Below, piece after piece: positions 17,970-26,802 of a stretch of DNA of 64,000 nucleotides. Position 1 is the stretch's first letter. Each line of letters begins with the position of its first letter. A program made the position numbers and the translations under genes. The notes beneath the pieces are model-generated. The model searched no databases, had not been told where the DNA came from, and saw nothing but the letters and a program-made list of their open reading frames with translations. Origin of the DNA: Acidobacteriota bacterium (GTDB lineage Bacteria > Acidobacteriota > Thermoanaerobaculia > UBA5066 > Gp7-AA6); assembly GCA_039931865.1 (NCBI GenBank), contig JBDTRB010000002.1, forward strand, positions 5,589 through 69,588, in the 5' to 3' direction.

Positions 17970-18266
17970 ATGGCAAAGATGCCCAAGTCCTCGTTCGAGC
18001 TCGCGATGGAACGTCTTCGCGCCTCCGACCCGGGGGGAGCAAAGGACAAGCCGCTGACCGCGAAGCAGAAGGAAGAGATCGCCGAAGCCCGGCGGGTCGC
18101 CGCGGCGAAGCTGGCGGAATGCGAGATCCTTTTTCGCGACGCGATGAAACAGAACCACGAACCCGCCAAACGGGAGAAGGCCGAGGGCGAATACAAGATC
18201 GATCGCCAGCGAATCAACGATGACTGCGAGCGGGTAATCCAGGCGATCCGCGGAGGCCGCGGCTAG
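17970..18266 (+). CDS. Small hypothetical protein (charged, helical)
   Basis: The 98-aa ORF has a balanced composition (MAKMPKSSFELAMERLRASD..KQKEEIAEARR..), unlike the Arg/Pro-rich shadow ORFs around it. Confidence 0.5.
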   Translation: MAKMPKSSFELAMERLRASDPGGAKDKPLTAKQKEEIAEARRVAAAKLAECEILFRDAMKQNHEPAKREKAEGEYKIDRQRINDDCERVIQAIRGGRG

Positions 18267-18377
18267 GTTCTCGGTTCACTTAACGAGAAAGGGCCGAGGA
18301 GAGCTCGCGATCGTCCAGTCCGCCGCTCCCGCACGTCGGGAACAATGCGCCGGAGGGCCCGCAGAGGCGGCTGAATG

Positions 18378-18383
18378 TATAAT
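18378..18383 (+). promoter_or_regulatory. Candidate -10 box (TATAAT) for the EamA gene
   Basis: A perfect TATAAT sits in a local AT patch (ctgaatgTATAATaaag), about 27 nt upstream of the TTG start and its GGAGG. Confidence 0.35.
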
Positions 18384-18409
18384 AAAGACCTGGCCCCAAT
18401 GGAGGACTT

Positions 18410-18826
18410 TTGAGCTGGCTCGGATGGGCGTTGCTCTCCGCGGCGTTTGCGGGCGTGACCGCGATTCTTGCGAAGGTCGGTGTTCAGGAGGTGGACTCGA
18501 GCCTGGCCACCGCGATTCGCACGGTCGTCATCCTCATCTTCGCGTGGTCCGTGGCCCTGTTCCGGAACGCGCAGCCGCTGTCGTCGGTTCCTTCCCGGAC
18601 GTGGCTCTTTCTGGTTCTGTCGGGTCTGGCCACCGGGGCGTCCTGGCTCTGCTACTTCCGGGCTCTCCAGCTGGGCCCGGTCGCGAGGGTCGCTCCCGTC
18701 GACAAGCTCAGTGTGGTTTTCGCGATCGTGCTCGCGACCGTGTTTTTGCACGAACGGCTGACCTGGCAGAACTGGGTCGGCGGTGCGCTCATCGTCGGAG
18801 GCTCACTGGTTCTCGCGTGGGGCTAG
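18410..18826 (+). CDS. EamA-like small DMT-superfamily transporter
   Basis: Has 4-5 TM helices. LLSAAFAGVTAILAKVG .. PVDKLSVVFAIVLATVFLHERLT..W.GGALIVGG is a typical EamA half-domain. Confidence 0.85.
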   Translation: MSWLGWALLSAAFAGVTAILAKVGVQEVDSSLATAIRTVVILIFAWSVALFRNAQPLSSVPSRTWLFLVLSGLATGASWLCYFRALQLGPVARVAPVDKLSVVFAIVLATVFLHERLTWQNWVGGALIVGGSLVLAWG

Positions 18827-18879
18827 GGGGCAGGGGATAGAGGACGCGCGCCGGCTCGTTCGACGCCGGGTAATCGAGG

Positions 18880-19461
18880 TCAATCCGCCGGCCGCCGGAG
18901 GGCTCCGATTATTTGACCCGCCTCGCTGTTGGCGATGAGATGTTGAAATCGCCGTTCGCGCGTCTCCTCCCGCTTCGCGCTCACGACCCAGTGGATCGCC
19001 GTCTTCCGGTATCCGGGCGGCTGCGCGTCGAAGAACGCGGCGGCTCGGCGGTTGGCGCGCAGGGTCTTCTCCTGCGCGGGCGTCAGCGTCGCCGCCTCGT
19101 ACCGCTCGAAGGCGTAGATGCCGGTGCGCTCCGGGGTCCGGAGGGCGAAGGCGCGGAGGCCGGCCGGGCGCATGCGTTGGAGCGACGTCAGCTCCGCGAC
19201 GCGCGCGACGTTGACGGCGCTCCAGATGCTGGTGGGCCGGCGGGGAGAGAAGCGAATCGTGTAGGCGGTCTCATCGAGGCGGTGTCGCACCCCGTCGATC
19301 CAGCCGAAGCAGAGCGCCTCGTCGACCGATTCGGGCCACGTGATACTCGGCTTGCCGCTTCCCTTCTTGTGAAAGCCGACGAAGAGCTCCTTCCCGGTCT
19401 CGTGGTGCTCCTCGAGCCACGCGCGAAAATCGACAGGAGTTGCAAAGAACCCGGGCTTCAA
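18880..19461 (-). CDS. YdeI/OmpD-associated family protein
   Basis: FRAWLEEHH....ELFVGFHKKGSGKPSITW.ESVDEALCFGWIDGVR and the C-terminal REETRERRF..LI are family hallmarks. Confidence 0.85.
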   Translation of the reverse strand: MKPGFFATPVDFRAWLEEHHETGKELFVGFHKKGSGKPSITWPESVDEALCFGWIDGVRHRLDETAYTIRFSPRRPTSIWSAVNVARVAELTSLQRMRPAGLRAFALRTPERTGIYAFERYEAATLTPAQEKTLRANRRAAAFFDAQPPGYRKTAIHWVVSAKREETRERRFQHLIANSEAGQIIGALRRPAD

Positions 19462-19483
19462 GGAAGGAACGTCACCTCAAACC

Positions 19484-21769
19484 TCACCCGAGCAGATTCT
19501 CGATTTTCACCGGCAGCTCCCGCACCCGAACTCCGGTTGCGTGGTGGACCGCCGCCGTGATCGCGGGGGCGACGCCGGCGAGGCCGATTTCGCCGATCCC
19601 ACGAGCGCCGAGCTCGTTGATTTCCTTATCGGGATAGTTCAGGAAGTGCACGTCGATCGGCGGCACGTCGGCGTTGACCGCCATCACGTAGTCGGCCAGA
19701 TTGCTGTTGATCGGCGCGCCGTTCTGGGGATCGTAGATCGTGTGCTCGAACAGCGCCATGCCGATTCCCATCACGACCGAGCCTTCGACCTGGTTCCGGC
19801 CGGCCAGGGGGTTCAGAATGCGCCCCGCATCGATGACCGTGACGACACGGCTGACGCGCAGCCGGGCGATCTCGGGCTGCCACGTGACCTCGACGAAATG
19901 ACACCCGAACGAGTGCGTCGAGAACTTCGGCGTGGGATTGCCGAACGTCGATTCGGACTTGCCGCTGCCGGTGACCATGCGGACGTTGGCGCGCCGGAGC
20001 AGATCGGTGAACGGAACTCCCCCAGCCGGACCCGCGGCCTTGACGAAGACGCGTCCACCTTCGAATTTCAGCTCGTCGGCTTTGCGCTTCTCGAAGGGCG
20101 ATCCGGGCGTCGAGGTCGCGATCGTCAGCAGCGAGCTGATCGCGTTGTCCGCCGCCGCGAAGACGGCCGGGACCATCGACCCCGTGACCATCGAGCCGCC
20201 CGAGATCGGCCCCTCCGGAAGCGAGGTGTCGCCCAGAGCGACCTCGATCTTTGCGAGCGGCACACCGGTCTTCTGGGATGTCAGCTGCGCAAGGATGGTG
20301 TACGTGCCGGTGCCGATGTCCTGCGTGCCCGACGCGACGCGCGCGGTGCCGTCGTCGCGAAGCTCGACGGTGGCTTCGGCCGGGAACCGAGCGGCGACCC
20401 ATGCGCAGCCCGCCATTCCCCAGCCGAGGGTCAACCCGTCACGCTTCATCGAGCCGACTCCCGGGGTGCGTTTGGACCAACCGAATTTTTCGGCTCCCAA
20501 CTGGAAGCACTCGACCAGATGGCGCGAGGAGAACGGAAGTCCCAGAGACTCGTCGATCTTCGGCTCGTTTGCGATGCGCAGCCTGACCGGGTCCATTTGG
20601 AGCTGGTCCGCCAGCTCGTTCAGCGCCGACTCGGTGGCATAGAGACCAGGGACGGCGCCCGGACCACGCATGGCCGTGGGCGAGCCGACGTTTCGCCGGG
20701 CGCGGCCGAACGCCACTCGGAGATTCGGCACGCTGTACTGGAACGCCGTCGCCTCGCCGCAATCCTCGTGGTAGTTGTCGAGAATCGCCTGGTGGTTGAC
20801 GTAGTCGTGCTGGAGCGAGACGAGCTTCCCGGCGGCCGTGGCGCCCAGGCGCACGCGCTGCCTTGTGCGCGGACGGTGACCGACAGTCTCGAACATCATC
20901 TTGCGGCTGATGACGAGCTTGACCGGCTTTCCGAGCTTCCGCGCGGCCGCGACGGCCAGCGCGCAATGCGTCCAGGGCCAGAGCTTGCTGCCGAATCCCG
21001 AGCCGACGAATCGGGTGATGACCTTGACGTTCTCCTTCGGCAGTCCGAACGTCTGCGCGAGGACGCCCCGGAGGTTGAAGATGGCCTGGGACTCCTCGTA
21101 GACGGTCAACATGGGGCCATCCCAGATCGCCGTCGCCGACTGCAGCTCGATCGGGTTGTGCGTCGTGGTCGGAGTCACGTAGGTCTGGTCGAGCTTGACC
21201 GGTGCCGTCGAGAAGGCGCTTTCGGCATTCCCGCGCTCACTCTGCAGGCGTTTGGTCGGGGCAAACGTCGTCGCCACGACGTCCGGCTCGTCGTCGGCTT
21301 TGAGGTCCGTATCGACGTTGTGCTTTTCTTTCGCGTAGGTCGCGCGCACCGCATCGGCGGCGGCCTTCGCGCCTTCAAACGTGTCCGCGACCGCGAGGGC
21401 GATGTACTGGCCCCAGTACCGGACGACGTCGTCCTCGAACGGCGGGCGGCGCTCGTCGACGATGCCTTCGAACCCCGGTCCCGGCACGGAGCGAAAGATG
21501 TTTCCGATGTTTCCGCGGTGGAACACGGCGCGCACTCCGGGCATCTGCTCCGCCGCGGCGGTGTCGAGCCGGACGATTCGCCCGCTGGCGATCGTCGCCT
21601 CGACCGGAACGGCGTAGAGCTGGCCGGGAAAGTGGAAGTCGGCGGCGTATTGCGCCTTTCCACTCACTTTCCAGGGACCGTCCACGCGCGGAGTGGGCCG
21701 GCCGATCGGTGACATCGCCGGGATCTCTTGTGTTGCGGGTGCTGCAGGTGCTTCAGGTGTTGTCGGCAT
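19484..21769 (-). CDS. paoC: Xanthine dehydrogenase-family molybdopterin-binding large subunit (PaoC/YagR-like aldehyde oxidoreductase)
   Basis: A 761-aa protein. G.P..R.DG..KV.G.A.Y..D at the N-terminus, plus GGGFGSK-type (VGSGFGSK) and MGIGMALFE blocks. It is the last gene of an FeS-FAD-Moco operon. Confidence 0.9.
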   Translation of the reverse strand: MPTTPEAPAAPATQEIPAMSPIGRPTPRVDGPWKVSGKAQYAADFHFPGQLYAVPVEATIASGRIVRLDTAAAEQMPGVRAVFHRGNIGNIFRSVPGPGFEGIVDERRPPFEDDVVRYWGQYIALAVADTFEGAKAAADAVRATYAKEKHNVDTDLKADDEPDVVATTFAPTKRLQSERGNAESAFSTAPVKLDQTYVTPTTTHNPIELQSATAIWDGPMLTVYEESQAIFNLRGVLAQTFGLPKENVKVITRFVGSGFGSKLWPWTHCALAVAAARKLGKPVKLVISRKMMFETVGHRPRTRQRVRLGATAAGKLVSLQHDYVNHQAILDNYHEDCGEATAFQYSVPNLRVAFGRARRNVGSPTAMRGPGAVPGLYATESALNELADQLQMDPVRLRIANEPKIDESLGLPFSSRHLVECFQLGAEKFGWSKRTPGVGSMKRDGLTLGWGMAGCAWVAARFPAEATVELRDDGTARVASGTQDIGTGTYTILAQLTSQKTGVPLAKIEVALGDTSLPEGPISGGSMVTGSMVPAVFAAADNAISSLLTIATSTPGSPFEKRKADELKFEGGRVFVKAAGPAGGVPFTDLLRRANVRMVTGSGKSESTFGNPTPKFSTHSFGCHFVEVTWQPEIARLRVSRVVTVIDAGRILNPLAGRNQVEGSVVMGIGMALFEHTIYDPQNGAPINSNLADYVMAVNADVPPIDVHFLNYPDKEINELGARGIGEIGLAGVAPAITAAVHHATGVRVRELPVKIENLLG

Positions 21770-21799
21770 GCTTCGTCCTTTAGACAGGGGTCCGGCCCG

Positions 21800-22801
21800 T
21801 CAGGCGGTCAGCGCGGTCTGGAGCGCGTGCGCGAGGCAGCGTCTGGCGAGCTCGATCTTGAATCCGTTTTCACTCTGCGGTTTTGCGCCGCGCATGGCGG
21901 CTTCGGCCGCGCCGCGAAAGCTCGCGACGCTGGCAGTCTGTCCGACGAGCGCCGCTTCGGCCTCGGGGGAACGCCAGGGTTTCGTCCCCACGCCTCCCAG
22001 GGCGATGCGCGCGCGGGTCACTTTTCCGCCCGCGACCGTCAGCACGACGGCGGCCGACGCCAGGGCAAACTCGTAAGACGCCCGGTCGCGCAGCTTCAGA
22101 TAGACCTGTTTGCTCCCCGCGACGGGCGGCGGGAGCGTGACGTGTGTGATGAGGTCGCCCGGTTCGAGCACCGTCTCGCGGCCGGGCGTGTTACCGGGCA
22201 GGAGGTGGAAGTCGCCGATCGGGATCGCGCGTTTACCCCCCGGTCCCTGCACGTGGATCGTCGCCTCGAGCGCCGCCATCGCAACGCACATGTCCGACGG
22301 GTGGCTCGCGATGCAGTGATCGCTCGTGCCGAGCACGGCGAGCATGCGGTTGCTTCCCGTGATCGCCGGACAGCCGGTTCCAGGCTCGCGCTTGTTGCAG
22401 GGCATCGCGGTGTCGCGGAAGTACATGCATCGCGTCCGCTGAAGCAGGTTGCCCGCGGTCGTTGCCATGTTTCGAAGCTGCGCCGACGCGCCCGAGAGAA
22501 GCGCCGAGGACAGCACGGCGTAGTCCCGCTGCACCGACGGGTGGTGGGCGAGATCGGAATTGCGAACGGTGGCGCCGATCGACAGTCCGCCCTCGGGGGT
22601 CGCTTCGACCTTGCCGAGCGTCAGTCGGTTGATGTCGATGAGACGCGCGGGCGTCTCGACGTTTAACTTCATCAGATCCAGGAGCGTCGTCCCGCCCGCG
22701 ATAAACCGCACGTCGGCCCCCTGCTGGGCGGTCTTCGCCTTTGCGGCAGTCGCAACGGCCGATGCGGAATCGGGTGGCCGGACGAACTCGAAGGTATGCA
22801 T
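21800..22801 (-). CDS. paoB: FAD-binding subunit of the aldehyde oxidoreductase (PaoB/YagS-like)
   Basis: F.F.RP.S...A......RFIAGGTTLLDLMKL is a CO-dehydrogenase flavoprotein-type FAD domain. Confidence 0.9.
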   Translation of the reverse strand: MHTFEFVRPPDSASAVATAAKAKTAQQGADVRFIAGGTTLLDLMKLNVETPARLIDINRLTLGKVEATPEGGLSIGATVRNSDLAHHPSVQRDYAVLSSALLSGASAQLRNMATTAGNLLQRTRCMYFRDTAMPCNKREPGTGCPAITGSNRMLAVLGTSDHCIASHPSDMCVAMAALEATIHVQGPGGKRAIPIGDFHLLPGNTPGRETVLEPGDLITHVTLPPPVAGSKQVYLKLRDRASYEFALASAAVVLTVAGGKVTRARIALGGVGTKPWRSPEAEAALVGQTASVASFRGAAEAAMRGAKPQSENGFKIELARRCLAHALQTALTA

Positions 22802-22816
22802 GGTTCCCTCTCGCCC

Positions 22817-23464
22817 TCAGGCGTTCTTGCGCACTTGCTGGATGGCGGCGACGATGTTGGGGTAGGCGCCGCAGCGGCAGATGTTGCCGCTCATCAGCTC
22901 CTTCACGGCGGTGTCGTCGGGACCGCAGGGCTCCTTGAGCAAGGCGACGGCCGACATGATCTGTCCGGACGTGCAATATCCGCACTGGTAACCGTCGCAG
23001 GCGACGAATGCCGCCTGCATCGGATGCAGAGCCTCGGGCGTGCCGAGGCCCTCGATCGTCGTGATCTCTTCGCCGTCATGCATCAACGCCAGGCTGAGGC
23101 ACGAATTCACCCGCCGGCCGTTCACGTGCACCGTGCATGCGCCGCATTGCCCGTGATCACAGCCCTTCTTCGTTCCGGTCAACGCGACGGTCTCCCGGAT
23201 GCAATCGAGGAGCGTCGTCCGGGGATCGACGCGAAGCGGGCGGTCCTTGCCGTTGATCCGAAGAGTGATCGGGACCGCTCCGGCTATGCCGGGTCCTTCC
23301 GCGGGTCCGGCGGGCGCGGCCGCCGCCGGGGGTTTCTGCCCGGGCGCGGTCTGAATCGGCGGCACGCAGGCCGCCATGACAGCGGCTGCCGCCGAGGTCC
23401 CCGTGGTTCTAAGAAAGGCCCGGCGGGTCGGCTTCGAAGAGCCTTTCGGTCGATCGTCTGACAT
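22817..23464 (-). CDS. paoA: 2Fe-2S subunit with a Tat signal (PaoA/YagT-like)
   Basis: Internal ATG with GGAGG 5 nt upstream. Twin-arginine signal TRRAFLRTTGTSAAAAVMAA. Cys clusters C.HGQCGACTV and CGYCTSGQI..CRCGAY. Confidence 0.9.
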   Translation of the reverse strand: MSDDRPKGSSKPTRRAFLRTTGTSAAAAVMAACVPPIQTAPGQKPPAAAAPAGPAEGPGIAGAVPITLRINGKDRPLRVDPRTTLLDCIRETVALTGTKKGCDHGQCGACTVHVNGRRVNSCLSLALMHDGEEITTIEGLGTPEALHPMQAAFVACDGYQCGYCTSGQIMSAVALLKEPCGPDDTAVKELMSGNICRCGAYPNIVAAIQQVRKNA

Positions 23465-23678
23465 GCAGCCTCCGGTTGATCGGTTGATCGGGAGACTACT
23501 GCAGCGGAACTTCACCGCAATGCAAATTCTAGGGGATCGGAAGCCCGATTCGAGCGGGGACTGACGGCTGACCCCTGCCCGGCGCCGCGCGCGCGATGAC
23601 AGGACAGCGCCCGTGATCTGCGCCGATGATGCCGGCCGGCCGTTTGCCCGCTGAGCCATCCTTGATTACAGTTTCCGC

Positions 23679-23981
23679 ATGTGCCGAAACATCCGAACAC
23701 TCGCCAACTTCGCGCCGCCTGCCACGTCGACGGAGATTCACGCCTCAGCCGTGCAGTTCGTCCGAAAACTGAGCGGAGCGAACAAGCCTTCGAAGGCGAA
23801 CGAGGAGCTCTTCGAGCGCACGGTCGACGAGGTGGCCGCCGCCGCCGGGCGCCTGATCGAGGGTTGGGTCACCACCGCCGAGCCCAAGGATCGCGATGTC
23901 GAGATCCGAAAGCACATCGAGCGGTCGCGGGAGCGGTTCGGCAAGGAGCCCAGACGGACGCCGATAGAGCCTGTTCGCTGA
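23679..23981 (+). CDS. DUF2277 family protein
   Basis: MCRNIRTLANFAPPAT..EI.A.A.QFVRKLSG..KPSKANEE.F is the conserved DUF2277 N-terminus. Confidence 0.85.
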   Translation: MCRNIRTLANFAPPATSTEIHASAVQFVRKLSGANKPSKANEELFERTVDEVAAAAGRLIEGWVTTAEPKDRDVEIRKHIERSRERFGKEPRRTPIEPVR

Positions 23982-24256
23982 GCTGAAAGGACTCCGCTCG
24001 CGCTGGCAGCTGCGACCGCGATCGAGCGGTGTTCGCCGCGTCTTTCCAGGGAACCTCTGCCGAGCTCTCCGAGGTCCTGAAGAGGTTCCGCCCGACGAAG
24101 ATCTCGGTGGAATCCGAGACCGCGGACCGCGTCACGCTCGCCGAGTACGTGAAGTGAGGACGGACGACAGGCGACCGACGAGGAAAAAGAAAAAGAGCGG
24201 AGAAGCCGGAGCCCTGCGAGTTTTCTTTCAACCCCCAACCCCTAACCCCTAACCAT

Positions 24257-25021
24257 TCACCGCGTGCCGGTCCATTCGACCGTGTAGTGACACGCGCCGC
24301 CCGCGCCCGACTGCTCGACGGCCGTCTGAGCGAGAAATCCCGTTCCGGAGAACTGGCCGGTGATCCGGATGGTGAACTGCGTGCCGCCGGACGAGATCAC
24401 CTTCGGGTCGGTCGCGAAATGCCCGTCATCCTGCAGCGTCCCGTCATACGAGTTGTCGGCGTGCGTCAGGACGAAGCGACCCGCGGCGGCCCCCGCGGCG
24501 ATCGTCGTCTGGTTCGGAGTCACGGTGACGGCTCCGCAGGTGTTGTCGAGAAGACGGACTGCCGTGGCGTACGTGCCCGTGACCTGGCTGACGGTCACGA
24601 TCGAGCCCGGACAGGTCGCGAAGGCCGCCGTGTCCTGGATCGGCTGGAACGCGGTGTTGAGAGGGTTGACGTAAGTCCGCGTCACGCTGCCGTTCTGAGT
24701 GTCAGCCACGGTCACCGTCACCTCGACGTTGGTCAGGCCCGAGGCGAAGACCCAGTAGCGGGAGTTGAACGAGCAGCCGTCCAGCACTTTCACGATTGCT
24801 TCCACGTTGCCCGCGGAGAAGAACCAGAAGTAGCCCGTGTCGCCCGTCAGGCCGACGGCGTGCGCCTGGCCGGAGTCGGTCGCGGAGCGCCAGGATGCCG
24901 CCACCCGAAAGCGGCCGCCGTTCAAACAAAGGGTGCGGTCGTCCGGCGCGCACGGGGTCTGGGCTTTCAGACACTGCGTGATGAAAACGAAAGCCGCGAA
25001 GAGGAGAAAGCGCCTGGTCAT
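24257..25021 (-). CDS. Secreted hypothetical protein
   Basis: ATG with GGAGG 9 nt upstream. Signal peptide MTRRFLLFAAFVFITQCLKA. Conserved-looking block LCLNGGRFRV..W....DSGQAHAV.LT.DTGYFWFF...NVE..VKVLDGC. Confidence 0.65.
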   Translation of the reverse strand: MTRRFLLFAAFVFITQCLKAQTPCAPDDRTLCLNGGRFRVAASWRSATDSGQAHAVGLTGDTGYFWFFSAGNVEAIVKVLDGCSFNSRYWVFASGLTNVEVTVTVADTQNGSVTRTYVNPLNTAFQPIQDTAAFATCPGSIVTVSQVTGTYATAVRLLDNTCGAVTVTPNQTTIAAGAAAGRFVLTHADNSYDGTLQDDGHFATDPKVISSGGTQFTIRITGQFSGTGFLAQTAVEQSGAGGACHYTVEWTGTR

Positions 25022-25207
25022 CGAGAAGCCTCCGTTTGTGGGCCGTTCGCGCCCGGGATTGCCGAGTTTCATCGAGTGAGTGGCATTTCATACGTCCCGA
25101 CGCGCCGAAGGATTCAGCACGAAAGGCGGCCGACCGGAAGCTGACTTTGCCGAGATTGGCACCCGATCGTCCGGCTGAGGGCGCTGGATGAAACCCGGAG
25201 GGCAGGG

Positions 25208-25240
25208 GGCCGTAGACTCCCCTAGGAAACCGATGGGAGC
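25208..25240 (+). promoter_or_regulatory. Third (partial) copy of the padR promoter/leader module
   Basis: GGCCGTAGACTCCCCTAGGAAACCGATGGGAGC matches 32138..32168. The ATG is mutated to ATGGG/GTG context and no PadR ORF follows. Confidence 0.4.
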
Positions 25241-25370
25241 GATCGAACCGTCGCCCCGCGGGGCCTTTCGCGAGCTGGACGCGAAACGGGGTGGCGGACG
25301 CCCCGGGCGGCGCGGGCCCGCGGTCGGCGGAAAGAGAGGAGAAAAAAAGCCCTTGCTATTGATTTAGTGT

Positions 25371-25384
25371 TGTAGTCAACTACA
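25371..25384. promoter_or_regulatory. Candidate GntR/YtrA operator palindrome TGTAGT-CA-ACTACA in an AT-rich promoter patch
   Basis: Perfect 6+6 inverted repeat within cttgctattgatttagtgtTGTAGTCAACTACAtcaccatatgac, about 100 nt upstream of the GntR start. Confidence 0.4.
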
Positions 25385-25486
25385 TCACCATATGACAACC
25401 TCGTGCCTCGAACCAGGGATGCGCCACGAGTTGGAGGGCGGGGCCGGTCCGTGTGATCCCCGGCCTCTCCTTTCTTCGAAACCGTA

Positions 25487-25927
25487 ATGGAGCGTGAGTG
25501 GAATGACAGTCAGCCGATCTACCGACAGCTTCGGGATCGCGTGGTCGCCATGATCCTCGACGGCGTTCTCAAAGAGGGCGATCCGCTGCCGTCCGTCCGC
25601 AACGTCGCCGCCGAATACCGCGTCAATCCGATTACGGTCCTGAAGGGCTATCAGGAGCTGGTCGACGAGCGACTCGTCGAGAGCCGGCGGGGCCGGGGGA
25701 TGTTCATCAACGAAGGCGCGCGAGAGCTCCTGCTCCATGCTGAGCGCCAGAAGTTCATCGCGGAACAGTGGCCGCGGATTTCCGCGACGATCCAGCGGCT
25801 CGGGCTGACCCCGAAGGAGCTGCTCGCCGCCGCCGCCGCCGCCACCGCTGCTCCCGCTGCTCCCGCCGCTCCCGCTTCGTCGCCGGGGGGCGCGCGTCCT
25901 TCGAAACCCGAAGAAGAGGCGTCGTAG
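25487..25927 (+). CDS. GntR-family transcriptional regulator (YtrA subfamily)
   Basis: PIYRQLRDRVVAMILDGVLKEGDPLPSVRNVAAEYRVNPITVLKGYQELVDERLVESRRGRGMF is a winged-HTH followed by a short C-terminal helix pair. Confidence 0.85.
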   Translation: MEREWNDSQPIYRQLRDRVVAMILDGVLKEGDPLPSVRNVAAEYRVNPITVLKGYQELVDERLVESRRGRGMFINEGARELLLHAERQKFIAEQWPRISATIQRLGLTPKELLAAAAAATAAPAAPAAPASSPGGARPSKPEEEAS

Positions 25928-25929
25928 CC

Positions 25930-26802
25930 ATGCCCGCCATCGAAGCGCGCGGCCTCCGCAAGAGCTACGGCAAGACCGTCGCCCTGAACGGGATCGACCT
26001 CCGTGTGGAAGAGGGACGCATCCTTGGAATCGTCGGTCCCAATGGCGCCGGCAAGAGCACCGCGCTCCACGCGATTCTCGGCCTCACCGCCTACGAGGGA
26101 GAGCTGAAGGTCCTGGGGCGGGACCCCTGGACGGAACGGGACGAGCTCATGCGCGATGTCTCCTTCATCACCGACGTCGCCGTGATGCCGCGATGGATGA
26201 GGGTTTCCCAGGCGCTCCAGTACCTCGCAGGCGTTCACCCGCGGTTCGATCGCATGAAAGCGGAGGGCTTTCTCAAGAAAACGGACATCAAGCCCGCGAG
26301 CAGGGTGAAGGAGCTTTCCAAGGGCATGGTCACCCAGCTGCATCTCGCGCTGGTGATGGCGGTGGACGCGAGGCTTCTGGTTCTCGACGAGCCCACGCTC
26401 GGCCTCGACATCCTGTTTCGCAAACGGTTCTACGACTCGCTGCTGAACGACTACTTCGATCACAGCCGGACGGTCATCGTGACGACGCACCAGATCGACG
26501 AGATCCAGGACGTTCTGACCGATTTCGTCTTCGTAAACCGCGGCCGCATCGTTCTCGAGTCGAGCATGGAGGCGTTCGAGTCGCGCTACCTGGAGGTGAT
26601 GGTGAGACCTGGGCGCATCGATGAAGCGCGTTCGCTCCATCCAATCCACGAGCGCCCGGTCTTCGGACGCACCATCCTGCTCTTCGACCATGCCGACCGC
26701 GAGCGGCTCGCGGCGCTGGGCGACGTGCGCACGCCGACGATCGCCGATCTCTTCGTCGCCGTGATGGGCGGCGACGCCGGCGCGGCCGGAGGCGCATCAT
26801 GA
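25930..26802 (+). CDS. ABC transporter ATP-binding protein
   Basis: Walker A GPNGAGKST, signature LSKGM, Walker B LLVLDEPT. The ATG lies 2 nt after the GntR stop. Confidence 0.9.
   Translation: MPAIEARGLRKSYGKTVALNGIDLRVEEGRILGIVGPNGAGKSTALHAILGLTAYEGELKVLGRDPWTERDELMRDVSFITDVAVMPRWMRVSQALQYLAGVHPRFDRMKAEGFLKKTDIKPASRVKELSKGMVTQLHLALVMAVDARLLVLDEPTLGLDILFRKRFYDSLLNDYFDHSRTVIVTTHQIDEIQDVLTDFVFVNRGRIVLESSMEAFESRYLEVMVRPGRIDEARSLHPIHERPVFGRTILLFDHADRERLAALGDVRTPTIADLFVAVMGGDAGAAGGAS

Noticed and set aside
23465-23678. Moco riboswitch upstream of the molybdoenzyme operon, plus the GGTTGATC GGTTGATC direct repeat at 23474..23491.
   Set aside because: I found no recognisable Moco-motif core sequences on the minus strand, and the 8-mer occurs only twice. 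The region is also shared with the divergent DUF2277 promoter.
23986-24156. Possible plus-strand gene remnant ending ..LSEVLKRFRPTKISVESETADRVTLAEYVK*.
   Set aside because: It has no start codon and only about 35 plausible residues, and I cannot assign a family with confidence.
24228-24256. CCCCAACCCCTAACCCCTAACC, a telomere-like (CCCTAA) repeat.
   Set aside because: There are only about two units in an ordinary intergenic spacer next to a gene stop, which is too short to mean anything.
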